NCBI GenBank assembly: GCA_003344405.1
Contig: NOWV01000277.1
Coordinates: forward strand, 1 to 64,000
Reading direction: 5' to 3'
DNA length: 64,000 nt
DNA from: Trichoplax sp. H2
Lineage: Eukaryota
Position 1 is the stretch's first letter. Each line of letters begins with the position of its first letter. This document shows positions 1 through 13,695 of the stretch, piece after piece. The position numbers and the translations under genes were made by a program. The notes under the pieces are model-generated. The model searched no databases. It was not told where the DNA came from and saw nothing but the letters and a program-made list of their open reading frames with translations.

Positions 1-3000
1 ACACTTGGCGATAATCATCCGAGCGTTGCCGACTCATATAACAACATTGCAAGTGTCTATCATCATCAAGGCAAGTATGATGAGGCTCTATCAATGTATA
101 ACAAATCACTCAAGATTAGACTAGAAACTCATGGCGACAATCATTCGAGCCTTGCGGAATCATATAACAACATTGGAGGTGTCTATTATAATCAAGGTAC
201 GTATGATAGCGCTCTATCAATGTATAGCAAATCACTCAACATTACACTGGAAACAACTGGTGACAATCATCTGAGTGTTGCTAACTCATATAACAACATT
301 GGGCTTGTCTATGATACTCAAGGCAAGCATGATAGCGCTCTATCAATGTATAACAAATCACTCAACATTACACTAGAAACTTTTGGCGACAACCATCCGA
401 GTGTTGCTACGTCATATAACAACATTGGAGGTGTCTATAAGAATCAAGGCAAGTATGATGACGCTCTATCGATGTATAACAAATCGCTCAATATTAGACT
501 AAAAGTACTTGGTGATAATCATCCTCATGTTGTCGATTCTTATAACAACATTGCGCTTGTCTATAAGAATCAAGGCAAGTACGATGACGCTCTATCAATG
601 TATAACAATTCACTCAAGATTAGACAAGAAACACTTGGCGATAATCATCCGAGTGTAGCTGAGTCATATAAAGACATCGCGCTTGTCTATGAGAATCAAG
701 GCAAGTATGACAACGCTCTATCAATGTATAGCAAGTCGCTAAAGATTACACTAGAAACACTTGGCGATAATCATCCGAGTGTTGCCGACTCATATAACAA
801 AATTGCAACTGTTTATGATCATCAAGGCAAGTATGACGACGCTCTATCGATGTATAACAAATCGCTCAAGATTAGACATGAAACACTTGCAGATAATCAT
901 CCTCATGTTATCGATTCATATGACAACATTGCGCTTGTCTATGATCATCAAGGCAAGTACAATGACGCTCTATCAATGTATAACAATTCACTCAAGATTA
1001 GACAAGAAACACTTGGCGACAATCATCCGAGTGTTGCCGAGTCATATAAAGACATCGCGCTTGTCTGCGATAATCAAGGCAAGTATGACAACGCTCTATC
1101 AATGTATAGCAAGTCGCTAAAGATTACACTAGAAACACTTGGCGATAATCATCCGAGTGTTGCCGATTCATATAACAAAATTGCAACTGTTTATGATCAT
1201 CAAGGTAAGTATGGCGACGCTCTATCGATGTATAACGAATCGCTCAAGATTAGACTGAATACCCTTTGTAATAATCATCCTCAAATTGTCGACTCTTATA
1301 ACAATATTGCGCTTGTCTATAAGAATCAAGGCAAGTACGATGACGCTCTATCGATGTATAACAAATCACTCAAGATTAGACAAGAAATACTTGGTGATAA
1401 TCATCCGAGTGTTGCCGAGTCATATAACAACATCGCACTTGTCTATAAGAATCAAGGCAAGTATGACGATGCTTTATCGATGTATAACAAATCACTCGAC
1501 ATTAGACTAGTAACTTATGGTAACAATCATCCGAGTGTTGCCGACTCATATAATAATATTGCAACTGTCTATTGGAATCAAGGCAAGTATAATGACGCTC
1601 TAACAACGTATAACGAATCATTCAAGATAAGACTAGCGACACTTGGTGACAATCATTCGAGTGTTGCCGACTCGTATAACAACATTGGTGGTGTCTATTG
1701 GAATCAAGGCAAGTATGACGACGCTCTACCAATGTTTAACAAATCACTCGAGATTAGACTAAAAACACTTGGCGATAATCATCCGAGCGTTGCCGACTCA
1801 TATAACAACATTGCAAGTGTCTATCATCATCAAGGCAAGTATGATGAGGCTCTATCAATGTATAACAAATCATTCAAGATAAGACTAGCGACACTTGGTG
1901 ACAATCATTCGAGTGTTGCCGACTCGTATAACAACATTGGTGGTGTCTATTGGAATCAAGGCAAGTATGACGACGCTCTACCAATGTTTAACAAATCACT
2001 CGAGATTAGACTAAAAACACTTGGCGATAATCATCCGAGCGTTGCCGACTCATATAACAACATTGCAAGTGTCTATCATCATCAAGGCAAGTATGATGAG
2101 GCTCTATCAATGTATAACAAATCACTCAAGATTAGACTAGAAACTCATGGCGACAATCATCCGAGCGTTGCCGACTCATATAACAACATTGCAAGTGTCT
2201 ATCATCATCAAGGCAAGTATGATGAGGCTCTATCAATGTATAACAAATCACTCAAGATTAGACTAGAAACTCATGGCGACAATCATCCGAGCCTTGCGGA
2301 ATCATATAACAACATTGGAGGTGTCTATTATAATCAAGGTACGTATGAAAGCGCTCTATCAATGTATAACAAATCACTCAACATTACACTGGAAACAACT
2401 GGTGACAATCATCTGAGTGTTGCTAACTCATATAACAACATTGGGCTTGTCTATGATACTCAAGGCAAGCATGATAGCGCTCTATCAATGTATAACAAAT
2501 CACTCAACATTACACTAGAAACTTTTGGCGACAACCATCCGAGTGTTGCTACGTCATATAACAACATTGGAAGTGTCTATAAGAATCAAGGCAAGTATGA
2601 CGACGCTCTAACAATGTATAACAAATCACTCAAGATTAGACAAGAAACACTTGGCGACAATCATCCGAAAGTTGCCAAGTCTTATAACAACATTGCGCTT
2701 GTCTATAAGAATCAAGGCAAGTACGATGACGCTCTATCAATGTATAACAAATCACTCAAGATTAGACAAGAAACACTTGGCGATAATCATCCGAGTGTAG
2801 CTGAGTCATATAAAGACATCGCGCTTGTCTATAACAATCAAGGCAAGTATGACGACGCTCTATCAATGTATAACAAATCGCTCAAGATTAGACAAGAAAC
2901 ACTAGGTGAAAATCATCCAAATCTTGCCAACTCTTATAACAGCATTGCGCTCGTCTATGATCATCAAGGCAAGTATGACGACGCTCTATCGATGTATAAC

Positions 3001-3531
3001 AAATCACTCGACATTAGACTAGTAACTTATGGTAACAATCATTCGAGCGTTGCCGACTCATATAATAATATTGCAACTGTCTATTGGAATCAAGGCAAGT
3101 ATAATGACGCTCTAACATCGTATAACGAATCATTCAAGATAAGACTAGCGACACTTGGTGACAATCATCCGAGTGTTGCCGACTCGTATAACAACATTGG
3201 TGGTGTCTATTGGAATCAAGGCAAGTGTGACGACGCTCTACCAATGTTTAACAAATCACTCGAGATTAGACTAAAAACACTTGGCGATAATCATCCGAGC
3301 GTTGCTGACTCATATAACAACATTGCAAGTGTCTATCATCATCAAGGCAAGTATGATGAGGCTCTATCAATGTATAACAAATCACTCAAGATTAGACTAG
3401 AAACTCATGGCGACAATCATCCGAGCCTTGCGGAATCATATAACAACATTGGACTTGTTTATGATAATCAAGGCAAGCATGATGACGCTCTATCAATGTA
3501 TAACAAATCACTCAAGTGTAATGAAGGTTAA
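1..3531 (+). CDS. 3' part of a TPR-array protein (42-aa kinesin-light-chain/NPHP3-like TPR repeats); 5' end lies outside the window
   Basis: Frame 1 is open from base 1 (TLGDNHP...) to TAA at 3529-3531. There are 27 complete 126-bp/42-aa units from 94 onward, consensus MYNKSLKIRLETLGDNHPSVADSYNNIALVYxNQGKYDDALS, with no introns. Confidence 0.92.
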   Translation, partial: TLGDNHPSVADSYNNIASVYHHQGKYDEALSMYNKSLKIRLETHGDNHSSLAESYNNIGGVYYNQGTYDSALSMYSKSLNITLETTGDNHLSVANSYNNIGLVYDTQGKHDSALSMYNKSLNITLETFGDNHPSVATSYNNIGGVYKNQGKYDDALSMYNKSLNIRLKVLGDNHPHVVDSYNNIALVYKNQGKYDDALSMYNNSLKIRQETLGDNHPSVAESYKDIALVYENQGKYDNALSMYSKSLKITLETLGDNHPSVADSYNKIATVYDHQGKYDDALSMYNKSLKIRHETLADNHPHVIDSYDNIALVYDHQGKYNDALSMYNNSLKIRQETLGDNHPSVAESYKDIALVCDNQGKYDNALSMYSKSLKITLETLGDNHPSVADSYNKIATVYDHQGKYGDALSMYNESLKIRLNTLCNNHPQIVDSYNNIALVYKNQGKYDDALSMYNKSLKIRQEILGDNHPSVAESYNNIALVYKNQGKYDDALSMYNKSLDIRLVTYGNNHPSVADSYNNIATVYWNQGKYNDALTTYNESFKIRLATLGDNHSSVADSYNNIGGVYWNQGKYDDALPMFNKSLEIRLKTLGDNHPSVADSYNNIASVYHHQGKYDEALSMYNKSFKIRLATLGDNHSSVADSYNNIGGVYWNQGKYDDALPMFNKSLEIRLKTLGDNHPSVADSYNNIASVYHHQGKYDEALSMYNKSLKIRLETHGDNHPSVADSYNNIASVYHHQGKYDEALSMYNKSLKIRLETHGDNHPSLAESYNNIGGVYYNQGTYESALSMYNKSLNITLETTGDNHLSVANSYNNIGLVYDTQGKHDSALSMYNKSLNITLETFGDNHPSVATSYNNIGSVYKNQGKYDDALTMYNKSLKIRQETLGDNHPKVAKSYNNIALVYKNQGKYDDALSMYNKSLKIRQETLGDNHPSVAESYKDIALVYNNQGKYDDALSMYNKSLKIRQETLGENHPNLANSYNSIALVYDHQGKYDDALSMYNKSLDIRLVTYGNNHSSVADSYNNIATVYWNQGKYNDALTSYNESFKIRLATLGDNHPSVADSYNNIGGVYWNQGKCDDALPMFNKSLEIRLKTLGDNHPSVADSYNNIASVYHHQGKYDEALSMYNKSLKIRLETHGDNHPSLAESYNNIGLVYDNQGKHDDALSMYNKSLKCNEG

Positions 3532-6182
3532 TTTTTAGAATTTTCCTTCAAATTCTTGTATTGTAATTATTCTAGCTTTAAAAATATGACTTATTTGGTT
3601 GATTATAATGGTAGATTTTACTTAGTATCTTAGTAAATTGTAAACCCGACTGCTTTATTCGGGTTAGAAGTTACGATAATCCGTAGCATAATTTTTAAGA
3701 ATCAGATATTATGATTTTTTAATTCAAGCGATGTATTTAGTTAATAGAATATATGTGTGCTAATTTTGATCATTAATTATAGTAGAAGTTAATGTTACTT
3801 TGTAATTTCATACAGTATGAAGCCAAAACATTTGATCTGGGATTATTGTTTTTTTCTTAGTGTATGCTGTAGAAATGTACAGTTTTAAGCTAAACCATAC
3901 TTAGTATTAATTTAGTAATTTTCGGTAGTCTAGGGTATAATTTATCTTATCATGTGTGTTTGATTGCTAGTTTAATTTTGAGTTCTTAAGAATCATAGCT
4001 GGATAGTCTAATACCACCACTGCTCTTCGTAGCATATAAAAGGTGGCGTAGTTCGGTAATTGAGAGCGGTTGAAGTTAGAGAAGACAAAAATAGTCTAGG
4101 ATAGTCGTGAGTTATCTCATTAATTGATAGTTTAGTTGGTTGAGGCAGTAGTTCTACCCGTATTTTATTACTCATTTAAGAAGTTTTGCTAAATTACGGG
4201 TAATGTAAGAAATCGTACACCAGGTCAATGAGGAATCTGCCCTAATTGGCAACGTGTTTCCGAATTTTCACCTGAGGTTCCAGGACTTATCAAGGCTCAG
4301 TGTGAGAGCAATTTTGGCCGACAAAAACGTCACAGTCAACAGCTTTGATAGTAGAAATGTGGTATTCCAAGAGGCATTGCAATGAACTACAATTTGCTCT
4401 TACTTTACTGATTATAAAGCTACACACTTTAATTATTATCATTATTATCCGTACGACATCAATTTTTTTTAAAGTAAGTTATGATATCATGTCTACTATT
4501 GTCATTATTATCCGCGCGACAAGAAATCTTTTAAAAAAAAGTTGTAATTTATTTGCAAGATGTAGGAGATATGTATATATTTTACATATATCATTATTAC
4601 CTATGCAATAAGAATAAAGTTTTAAAAATAAGTTATAATTTATGTGTTTTCAAAGCTTGGAATTTAAGTATTGCAACACACCTTTTTTGAAGTAAATTGT
4701 AATTTATTTTCAAGACAAGATATTTACATGTATTATTTCGCATATATTTATATGCAATATAAAATTCGATAAAACGATACCTGATTGTAGGTGAAACTGC
4801 ACATACTATTTCATAGAAATTACACGGCTAATAAAATGGTATGGATGATATAACTAGATCATAAAGTGCAGATTTTGGTGCGTATCTAGGCGAATGCCAG
4901 AAATATCATGTTTCAGCGCTTGACGTTGCTCAAATTTATAGTACTTTAATATGCTAAATTACATGTACAAATTTCTTTGTTCAGTCAATAAACTTTGAAT
5001 GTTTTGTGCGCAAAAGTAAAGTACACCACGAAGCTTCTTTAAAATTTCAGCTATAATACTCAGCTGTATAGATTGTGCATGTAAATGCTATTTATATATT
5101 TTAGTGCCAAGTACCGTAGTAGATTCACATATTTTAGGCTGAAAGGCTAGGATTACACTGGCTAGTAATAAAATAAGAAAATGAAATGTGGAACTATTAT
5201 TGCTTCGTATATAAGATTGAATATTTATACTAAATATCCTTAAACTCTAAGATATAATAAAGAAAAGAAGGAAACTTAAGCTAATTCCGAACGATATTTA
5301 CAAACATGTTTATTAAAGTGATGCCGCAGCAGAAAGATAAAAGAAAAGCAGAATATCGCCAAACTCAAACTAGAGAAGTTAGAAGTAGTTGTAAGCTGTT
5401 ATAATACATAGTAACCCTATATTCCCTGTTATATGTATAACTTTAATAAAGCTATTTTAACTACTTTAGCTGTTGGCATATCCGTTCTTGTGTACCTGAG
5501 AGAAGTGGATAGAAGAGAACACTATTACAGCTCGTTAACATAGTACACTAGATAAAGAAAGAATTCAAGTAGCACTTAATTGCCCGCTACCCACTTTACA
5601 CCCATACTTGTTTACTCTTGGGCTCAACTATAGAGAAAATATCTCATTATAAATTTGCTTGAATTTGCAAACACTCCGTGTGCATCTCTTTTTTGATACC
5701 CGTACAGGGACTGTACATAGCATGAGTCGAATAGATTCAATAGGACATCAGCTGACCACAACTTATATATTAAACAATATATATAAGAACAAATGGATGA
5801 ATAAATTAATGGATTCTTTAATATAATCACTAGGCTATTTTTGTTGAATAGGATAATCCACGTAAATCAGCACAGCCTAGCGGTGGCTAATTACAATGAG
5901 AACTCCTTTCAGTGCTATCGCTTATGCTTAGACTGCTACATATATACCTCGATAATTAAAAGTACGAGCGCAACAATTAATATGTGGTAGTAAATCTTCC
6001 AGAATAGTCAATAATCTTCTTGTAATCATAGCATGTCAAAAAAAGCTAGCGGAAAGTCTTTCCATTGTCTCAAAGGATGATAATTTTCAAACGAAAGTAT
6101 GAATTCATACGATGTGATGTCTGATCATCATATTTATCCGTAGTATTTTTAGACGAAATTTTTCGCCTCGAAAGGGGAATAC

Positions 6183-8750
6183 CTAAGAGTTAACAATTCG
6201 AATCCACTTTCCTTGGTGACAGCGGTAACGACGCGGTATACCGTTAGGAAATAATGTATCGCTCCTAGGAGAACTCAGCATAAATAGTAAGATTTCCTTG
6301 GCTTTATCAACAAAGTAGCTTGGTTCAACTTTTGGAGAAGTTGACATATTCTGAAAAGTCAATATGCCGTTAGAAAAGCGTCATATGGTTACAAATGCTA
6401 ATTAATCGACGAAGAATTCAGTCTATATCATTTACCTTTAAAAATTCTTGATCCGACATTCTCAAGTAATAAACATACATTTCCTTTCGATATTGTCTAT
6501 AGGCGAACGGTTTAATATGAACTTCACATGTTGCAGTATCATATAGGTTAGTCATCTATCGAGAGATACCAACGATATCAGTACAATACAAGATATTGTA
6601 AACAATTGTAGAAATATATGTCTATTTAAAATTACTTTGTTGCAATATCCCCAAGAAAGTCGGCTGTGGCGAATAATCTCGTCTGGACCTTTGTCGCTAA
6701 ATGAAGCCCAGCTTATTACACCGCTTTGTATATCAATACCTATCAACGTCATCCATAATACGGAAGAAAAAATTACAGAGCCTATGAGTTGACATACTTT
6801 CTTCTTTATTATCAAATAGTATAACATTTTTATAAGCATTTCATAAGCTAGATAAGTACGCCCATGAGGTAAAAAAGCACCATACCAGCACCATAAATTA
6901 TAGGCATATGTTCACCATCATCTCGAACGGTATCATTAATTTCTACGTAGAAAAAGTTACATTTTATGTTGATCATTATAACGGGAAATAATCATGCCGT
7001 ATATCGACGCGAAAATAATTACATATTTAATACGATTTGCTGTAACCGAACATTTAGCAGACCAATATGTAAAGAATAACATTTATACCTCCAAAGCAGG
7101 GAGTAACAAGGTGTAGATCAAATGCAGATGATGCTAAAGCACCTAGTTGTAGATGGGAATAAAAATGATTTCAGAAATGAAAGCCAGTGATTTGACCGTG
7201 AATGAATATTTCCATTTTTGTTTTCTAGACAAGTCAACGTCAATTTTCACATTTTTAAACATACGCACCAATAATTTCCAAAGATAACTGTAGAGATAGA
7301 CCCTTACTATCTTTAAATCCACCAATAATATGAATTTCAAGTCTGCATAAATTCGAAAGGAATGATATTAAACTACATTGTAGCGAAGAAAAGCAGGTAG
7401 TAGCCAACATGATGGAAGCTCTAATTATTTATTGTTTTATAAACTTTATGTAGTAGATAAATCAACCTAGCTGTAGCCTTTATTGCAAGATAGTTAATGG
7501 ATGATTACAAAATACGATACCGTCCGGAGATGTTCGATTTGTCAGCATATACTTGAATTGTAGCGATCATTCTGTTAAGACTATCCCCAACATTTGTACC
7601 ATCAAAGTGCCCTAGGGCCGTTGTACCACATCCTAAAATTAGACAAGATTGATGGCCATAATCCGATCAATTCTATACTCATATTTTACTGTTCATTCTC
7701 TTTTCTCTAAAATAGTATATATTTACTGGAACACTACGCAGTATGTAAGATCAAATAAAGCTATTAAGATGATTACTATTGGGTATTGACTATCATCAAA
7801 CAATCGCTGTTTATTATACAATTAAAGTAAGGGCAATGATGTACATACAATACGTCATCGTCAAACATTGGATATGAATAAATATATCTTTGCACAGATA
7901 TTTTTAGGTAAATATTACCTGTATGTCTGATGATGACTATATGACAAGTAGTTGCATCCTCTGAACCCATAATTTGGACATTATCTAATGTTAACAGTAA
8001 GTATAAAACAAGATTCAGTTCATTTATTCTTCTTAATCGTGCAGATACAGTATATTTCTCGTATAAACTACGCAAACTCTATTCTAATCAAGTTATCAGA
8101 TGCATCATCCATCAATATTATCAAAAAGTCTATCGGAATAATTGAACTTTATAAACTACTTCCGATGAGATGATATCACCAGTCTTTCTAATATCCATTG
8201 GAGTGTAAAATGGTCATGTCCTAGCCTAGCCTACTCACCATCCGAGAATTGGACTACTGCATATTCCCTTTGAGCAACGTATAACACCTTGCCGGAATGG
8301 AAATTTCTCTTTCCACTATCAATTAAATACTGTGATGATTTCTATCCAAAAGATAACATTACAGCATGTTCAGACGCAGTACTTACAATTGATCAAGCTA
8401 ACAAGCTACAATGCCTATTGAGCTAATCCTAAGGGAAGATTAGAAATATACATCATACTCGCATCTAGAGTATACTAGACTATCTAAAAAGACTGAACAC
8501 AACATGCCAGCGTTGCATAACCATGGACTACTGGAAGAAGGCTTCTAGTAGTCCATGACATAATCTCTAGTGTTGCTCCTTGGGATAGGATTGCAATGTT
8601 TACGTAGGCTTATACAGGTAAATATCCCTGTAATGAAGACGACGACATACAGCATCAAAATAAGCAAACCTTAAATTCTTCTTTGAAACCGTTGAGAGTG
8701 TTCGCATCAGGAGTGATTTCTATAGGTCTTGATTGGAAGAAGAGAGGCAT
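6183..8750 (-). CDS. NTAN1: Protein N-terminal asparagine amidohydrolase (N-degron pathway), 10 coding exons
   Basis: GT-AG exons join in frame: MPLFFQSRP (8750-8670), KVLYVAQREYAV (8341-8239), IMGSEDATTCHIVIIRHTG (7984-7919), LGHFDGT, RLEIHIIGGF, PIIYGAG, FSDKGPDE, MSTSPKVEP...GKWIRIVNS*. These match remembered NTAN1 motifs (LLYVQQRE, LGSDDATTCHIVVLRHTG, LSTSPLAEP). Confidence 0.9.
8522..8557. mobile_element. 36-bp hairpin mini-element in NTAN1 intron 1
   Basis: CATGGACTACTGGAAG-aagg-CTTCTAGTAGTCCATG forms a 16-bp inverted repeat with one mismatch. Termini are CA...TG, and the flanks gcataac/acataat resemble a degenerate 7-bp TSD. Confidence 0.5.
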
Positions 8751-11700
8751 CTTTACATCTCGTAGCGAAAGCTGCACCCTATTTCCTACATGATCCTCTG
8801 CAATCCTACCCTGCGATATTATGACGACTGGCTTGTAAATAAGTCAAAATACTGTCTTCTACAGCGCACAAAATGGAATAATGGCTTAGAATTAAGCTCC
8901 AGTATAGACATGTAAACGATTATTCGCGTTGTAATACTAAAAATGGCCTCCAATTTCCGGTTCCGTCTTGACCCACCCCGCAATGATTGAAAAGGAAATG
9001 GAAAAGTTCTTGTACTCAGTTGATAAATATTTTGTATGCCATTACAGCTACCGTTGAAGACAGTACCGTACCGTAGACTACACGAAGAAAACCACGATGG
9101 GAACAGCTCTTGGACAGACGGACAACGCAGGCTGTTGATCGTCTAAAAAATGTTCCAAACACTTGCATTCGTTATTACTTTAATATGCGGTTGCTTGATT
9201 CTGTAAGTATAATTAACTTTCTTTTTCTCCATTGCAGCCATGGTATATGGAAAGCAGTTGGTTCAAGCTCATCAATTGCTTTTAAATTAATAGCAGTGGA
9301 TAAGAAAATAGACTCAGAAGGTCCATAGTAAGCAATAACTGTATCTTTCGACGTTTTAACCTCAACTTTTAAGAAAAATCCGTTCTAATTACTACACTAT
9401 ACTACTTTATGAGCTATTTGCATAGCAGTCAAAGCTCCAAAACAATAACAGTCACTATGCAAAAGTTGGGCACTTTTACGAAGCTAGATTGCTTCCATCA
9501 ATTCTTCAGCGTGTCACGATCAACTTGCACAAGAAGTCAGGATCAATTAATTGATTATTGACGAAATGAAAATTAAAATCTGAATGTACGTTCACACTTT
9601 GCGTAGCTATTCTAACCAATCTGTGATTTACAGCATTGGTCATTCAAAATGATTACACTTGAGTTTGGTCAGCCTGGATTTGGCAGCATACTCTTGCATC
9701 GAGCTGCAATTTTAATATAGTGCAACACTAGATGAGCTCACATTTCGCTTGGAACTATCCTTGAATCGTGCACGCATGACATCCGATGGATGGAAGACTA
9801 GCAGGATCCAGATTATGGGTAGTCATTCAAAGCTTCAATACGAAAAGTCGGACAAGGAGATTCTCTAGTTAAGGACTACAGTACTCAAGAATGGCAATGG
9901 TTTTTATACCTTCGGCGGAAGCGGCTAAACGCGTGCTCAACTTGTACTAGACCTCAGGGTAACATCAGAAAGTCCAAATTAGTCTACTATGTATTTTGCA
10001 GGTTGGATAAGTAGATAATTAATTGCATGTATTGGATGATATTGCGCTTTTCGTGTCTGATGTTTGCCATAGTAAATACGAATACTCGTACAGTACTGCG
10101 TCTCGATGGCAAGTGACTTTGCAACACAAATCAGAAATCCTAATGCTATCCCAATAAGATCGTATAATCGTATAATAAGATAGGCTTGCATTTGCGTGTA
10201 TTTATTCATGAGACCCAACAGATTACAAGATGCAATTTACTAATAGTTTACAAAAATCTCTACGACTACTGTTAAGTTCATGTACCACGTTGTTTCTAGA
10301 TGAGTTTCGTACTGAAATTACTCGTCGGTAACGTCTATTTATTATTATAACTCAGTCAATGGCTTCAGATTTTAAATTGACAATCTTATCCTGTTTTTTT
10401 ACTACAACTACGAGTAGAGATGTTACCAGTTAAAGTAACTAAATTGGAGTTCTGTGATTATGCAGTATCGTAAACAGTCAACATTTTTTGCTTTTGCTAG
10501 CAAGACACTTTGACAATATACGAGGATTTTTATCATTTACTAAGAGCGATTACAATGGCTATTTATGGAAGAGATGGCAACTTTGGATATGTTTTGGTAT
10601 CAATATCGGACTAAACAGTATTAAACTTTGATATCAGCTGTACTATATTGTGAATAATTGAAGGTTACAAGATTGTATTCTGGCAAGCTTTCAAAGGTAA
10701 AATTTATTTATTGTACGCAGTAGATGACATCGATGTAGTGGATATGTTGCTCTATGTGATCGTAATAGCAACGTTGTAGAGTACTGTGTCATAGTTGTAT
10801 AATTAATTCATTATGGTATACGATTATTATATGATGATTAACTGCCTGAACAACTTAATACAACAGCTTAATTTTTCGTTCGAATATTTTAGATGTAGAG
10901 TACACTAGTAATATTGAGGCTGTCAAGACATCGACTAATATAAAAGATATCTTAATGTAACGTACCTAAGAATTATAATTTAGCAACGCAACTATCAGGT
11001 GCATGCATTACATAGATATGAATGCAATGCGTATAAGTTGCGGACATTTATATATCTTTCATAAATATTATCGACATGTATCAATGCGTAACAGTATAGG
11101 ATTGAATAAATTTTAAACTTACGACGTGTTAACAATCTATGAACAGAGATATTATGTAGCTATTTGCTAGTCAGGATATTCAATTATTTCAACCAAACTG
11201 GTAACTATAGTTGAATCGAATCTTGTTCAGGTAATTATTTAAAGCTATAATAATGTAATACTCGTATATTCCGTAATTGACTGATTTTCCATTCTATTTT
11301 ACTCAATCATTTCACTTTTACTTTTTATCTTTCTATATAGGCATTCACAGCAATTCCAAGCCTAACTCAATAAGTGGCATTGTTATGATTACGCTGGACT
11401 AAGGCAATTATGATGTTTCGATGCCTCTGTACTGCGATACATCTGTATCTGTCGAAAGTATTATTACTAGTGCAATGAATGCATAGCCAACAAAACGTAT
11501 ACGTTGAAAAGGTTTTGCATTTCTATTTGTTGGACTAACTGTATGGATTAGTTTTATGCATTTAGGATAGTTACTAAAGTATTATACGTTGATTACTATT
11601 CTTACGCAGTAAATAACTACTTGTAAAACTTTTGTCAAAATTGTAAGGCAAAAGGGTCCTATTTGCTATAAGGATAGTTGACAAGGTTATCAGTTATTTA

Positions 11701-12193
11701 TTGTTGTGGTCACTATTCTAGTTTATTGGCTTGAATGAGATTAGCAACTCAATTAGGTAGATACGTAGATTTAAAAGATACGCTTCCAGCGCAGAAAATC
11801 ATAGTTTCAATTTGACAATCTTAAAAATATGTATCACATATAACTAGTATAAACTTTTATACAACCGTGATGTTATCGTCAAATATAGTAATGTATTAGC
11901 TAAGTTATCTGGTCTATGGCATCTCGATAACATAAATAAACAGCTTATCACCTATTTTAAATGAAGCATATCATCTTAAAAAGCTAGTCATACATTGATA
12001 GAAGATGAATTTTAAGATCTTAAAATTACCATCTTTTACATGTTTCAGTGACTACAAGAAGTTGAATCTATTTACAGCCACGTTACCGTTTATAAAGTAC
12101 CAATCATTGTGCATCATAGAGCATAGCTATCTGTGGAAGATCTGTAATTTTATTATGATAAAATAGAAATATCTTCCTAGACGGCAATAAAAT

Positions 12194-13695
12194 TCAACTT
12201 GTTGGTAATTGACTTTGATCAAAATCCTTAGATTCAAAGAATGTATAAGATAAAGTAATGGTATCTATTCTAGCTAAAGCTGGATCATTCATAATTTCTG
12301 GATCAATATAAAAAAACACTGGCATATCCACCTATGAATTGAAAATATGAAATTGTTATTGAAATCGTAATGCATAGCGGTACAAACGCTTTCATAGCGT
12401 AGCAATAACGAAATGTCAGCATAAAGCATACAATTTACCTCTTCGTGTGGATTTAGCCTTTGTTCTTCAAAGCAGAAGCACTAATTTATGATGTAGCATC
12501 GTTATCGTTAGGAAATGATTGCATACTACTAGTCAAGTTGAATCGATATGGCATTCATTATAAAATTATAAAAGTCGTTACCTGAACTTTATTGAAGTAG
12601 AGGCCAGCTTCAAAAGGGATAACATTATAAGTTGAAATTCCTATGATTGGTTCATCGGTTGGATTTTTAGCTGCATAAAATGCTAATGCAGTCTCTCCAG
12701 GAATCAACTTGAGTTGCGTACGTGGTGCCATACAAATAGAAAAATGATTCATGATTGGACTGCTCATACGATTAGGGTGTATGTACGTATGCAATTGTAA
12801 TAAGACCATATTAAGCTTGTACTTCAGAACTATCCCTCATGACCAAAAATTACCTGAATTTCTTTTTGCTTGGGTCTAAAATTCCATCTCATTGTAGCTC
12901 CTGTATCCGCATTAAAGCGAATAGTCAGAGGTCGTTCCGGTACAGCTTCCATTTCAGCGATCTTCTCTGGATCAATGACACGAGAGGTCGTGCCACCGAA
13001 TCCGGAAGCCTGTTTTGGTTCATTTCAATCATAAAGTCAATTCCTGTATGCTTATATAGCCTACGTCATCATCCATGCTATATGAATTTCAATTTGCTAT
13101 GTGCTCTTGCTTTTAATTCACAAGTTGTAAGATATCCATGATACAGCTTAGAGAAGTAAAATTATGCACTTTCATTTGACTTTTACCAACATCTATCACT
13201 ATTAATTAACATCAGATTCGAATTGAGCAATTAGCACATAAGTATGCCAAGTATTTAAGAATGCTAATCACGTACCTGACAAAATACTCTGTATAGTGGC
13301 ACAGCTGCGTAGGATAATCCAATCACTGCAATTGCCAATGCTATCACATAGATCATGGTAGTCCTATTTTTGCCCTTGCTACCAGGTTGAATACTATTAG
13401 CATTGCTACGTTGTGAACATGCTCTCCGTTGATAAGACATGAACCAGTTACCACGAGACTGGTATAGAGGAGAAAATTGATTGAGGATGGTTAAATTCTT
13501 TGCAGTCAGCTGATGACATGCTTTGGAGTAGCTACACCATTGGCGCTGCTGCATTCCAGGTACTAAATTGGACCATTTTCTAGATGAATATTGGTTGATT
13601 GTTTGAATCAGTCTGGGATAGACAATAATTTGAGAATAGTATTGATTTGCATAACTGTTTATTCTTCTGTAGACAAGAAAAGCAATGGATGACAT
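12194..13695 (-). CDS. COX11: Cytochrome c oxidase assembly protein COX11, 5 coding exons
   Basis: Exons 13695-13276, 13009-12854, 12707-12582, 12480-12439 and 12331-12194 encode SYAAVPLYRVFCQ-ASGFGG, IRFNAD, PGETALAFY, YFNKVQ-CFCFEEQ (copper motif) and VDMPVFFYIDP. The N-terminus resembles a mitochondrial presequence. Confidence 0.95.

Noticed and set aside
761..1510. Alternative-frame ORFs inside the TPR gene
   Set aside because: They are by-products of the repeat periodicity.
8239..8341. Tudor-like peptide (KVLYVAQREYAVVQFSDG)
   Set aside because: It is fully explained as NTAN1 exon 2.
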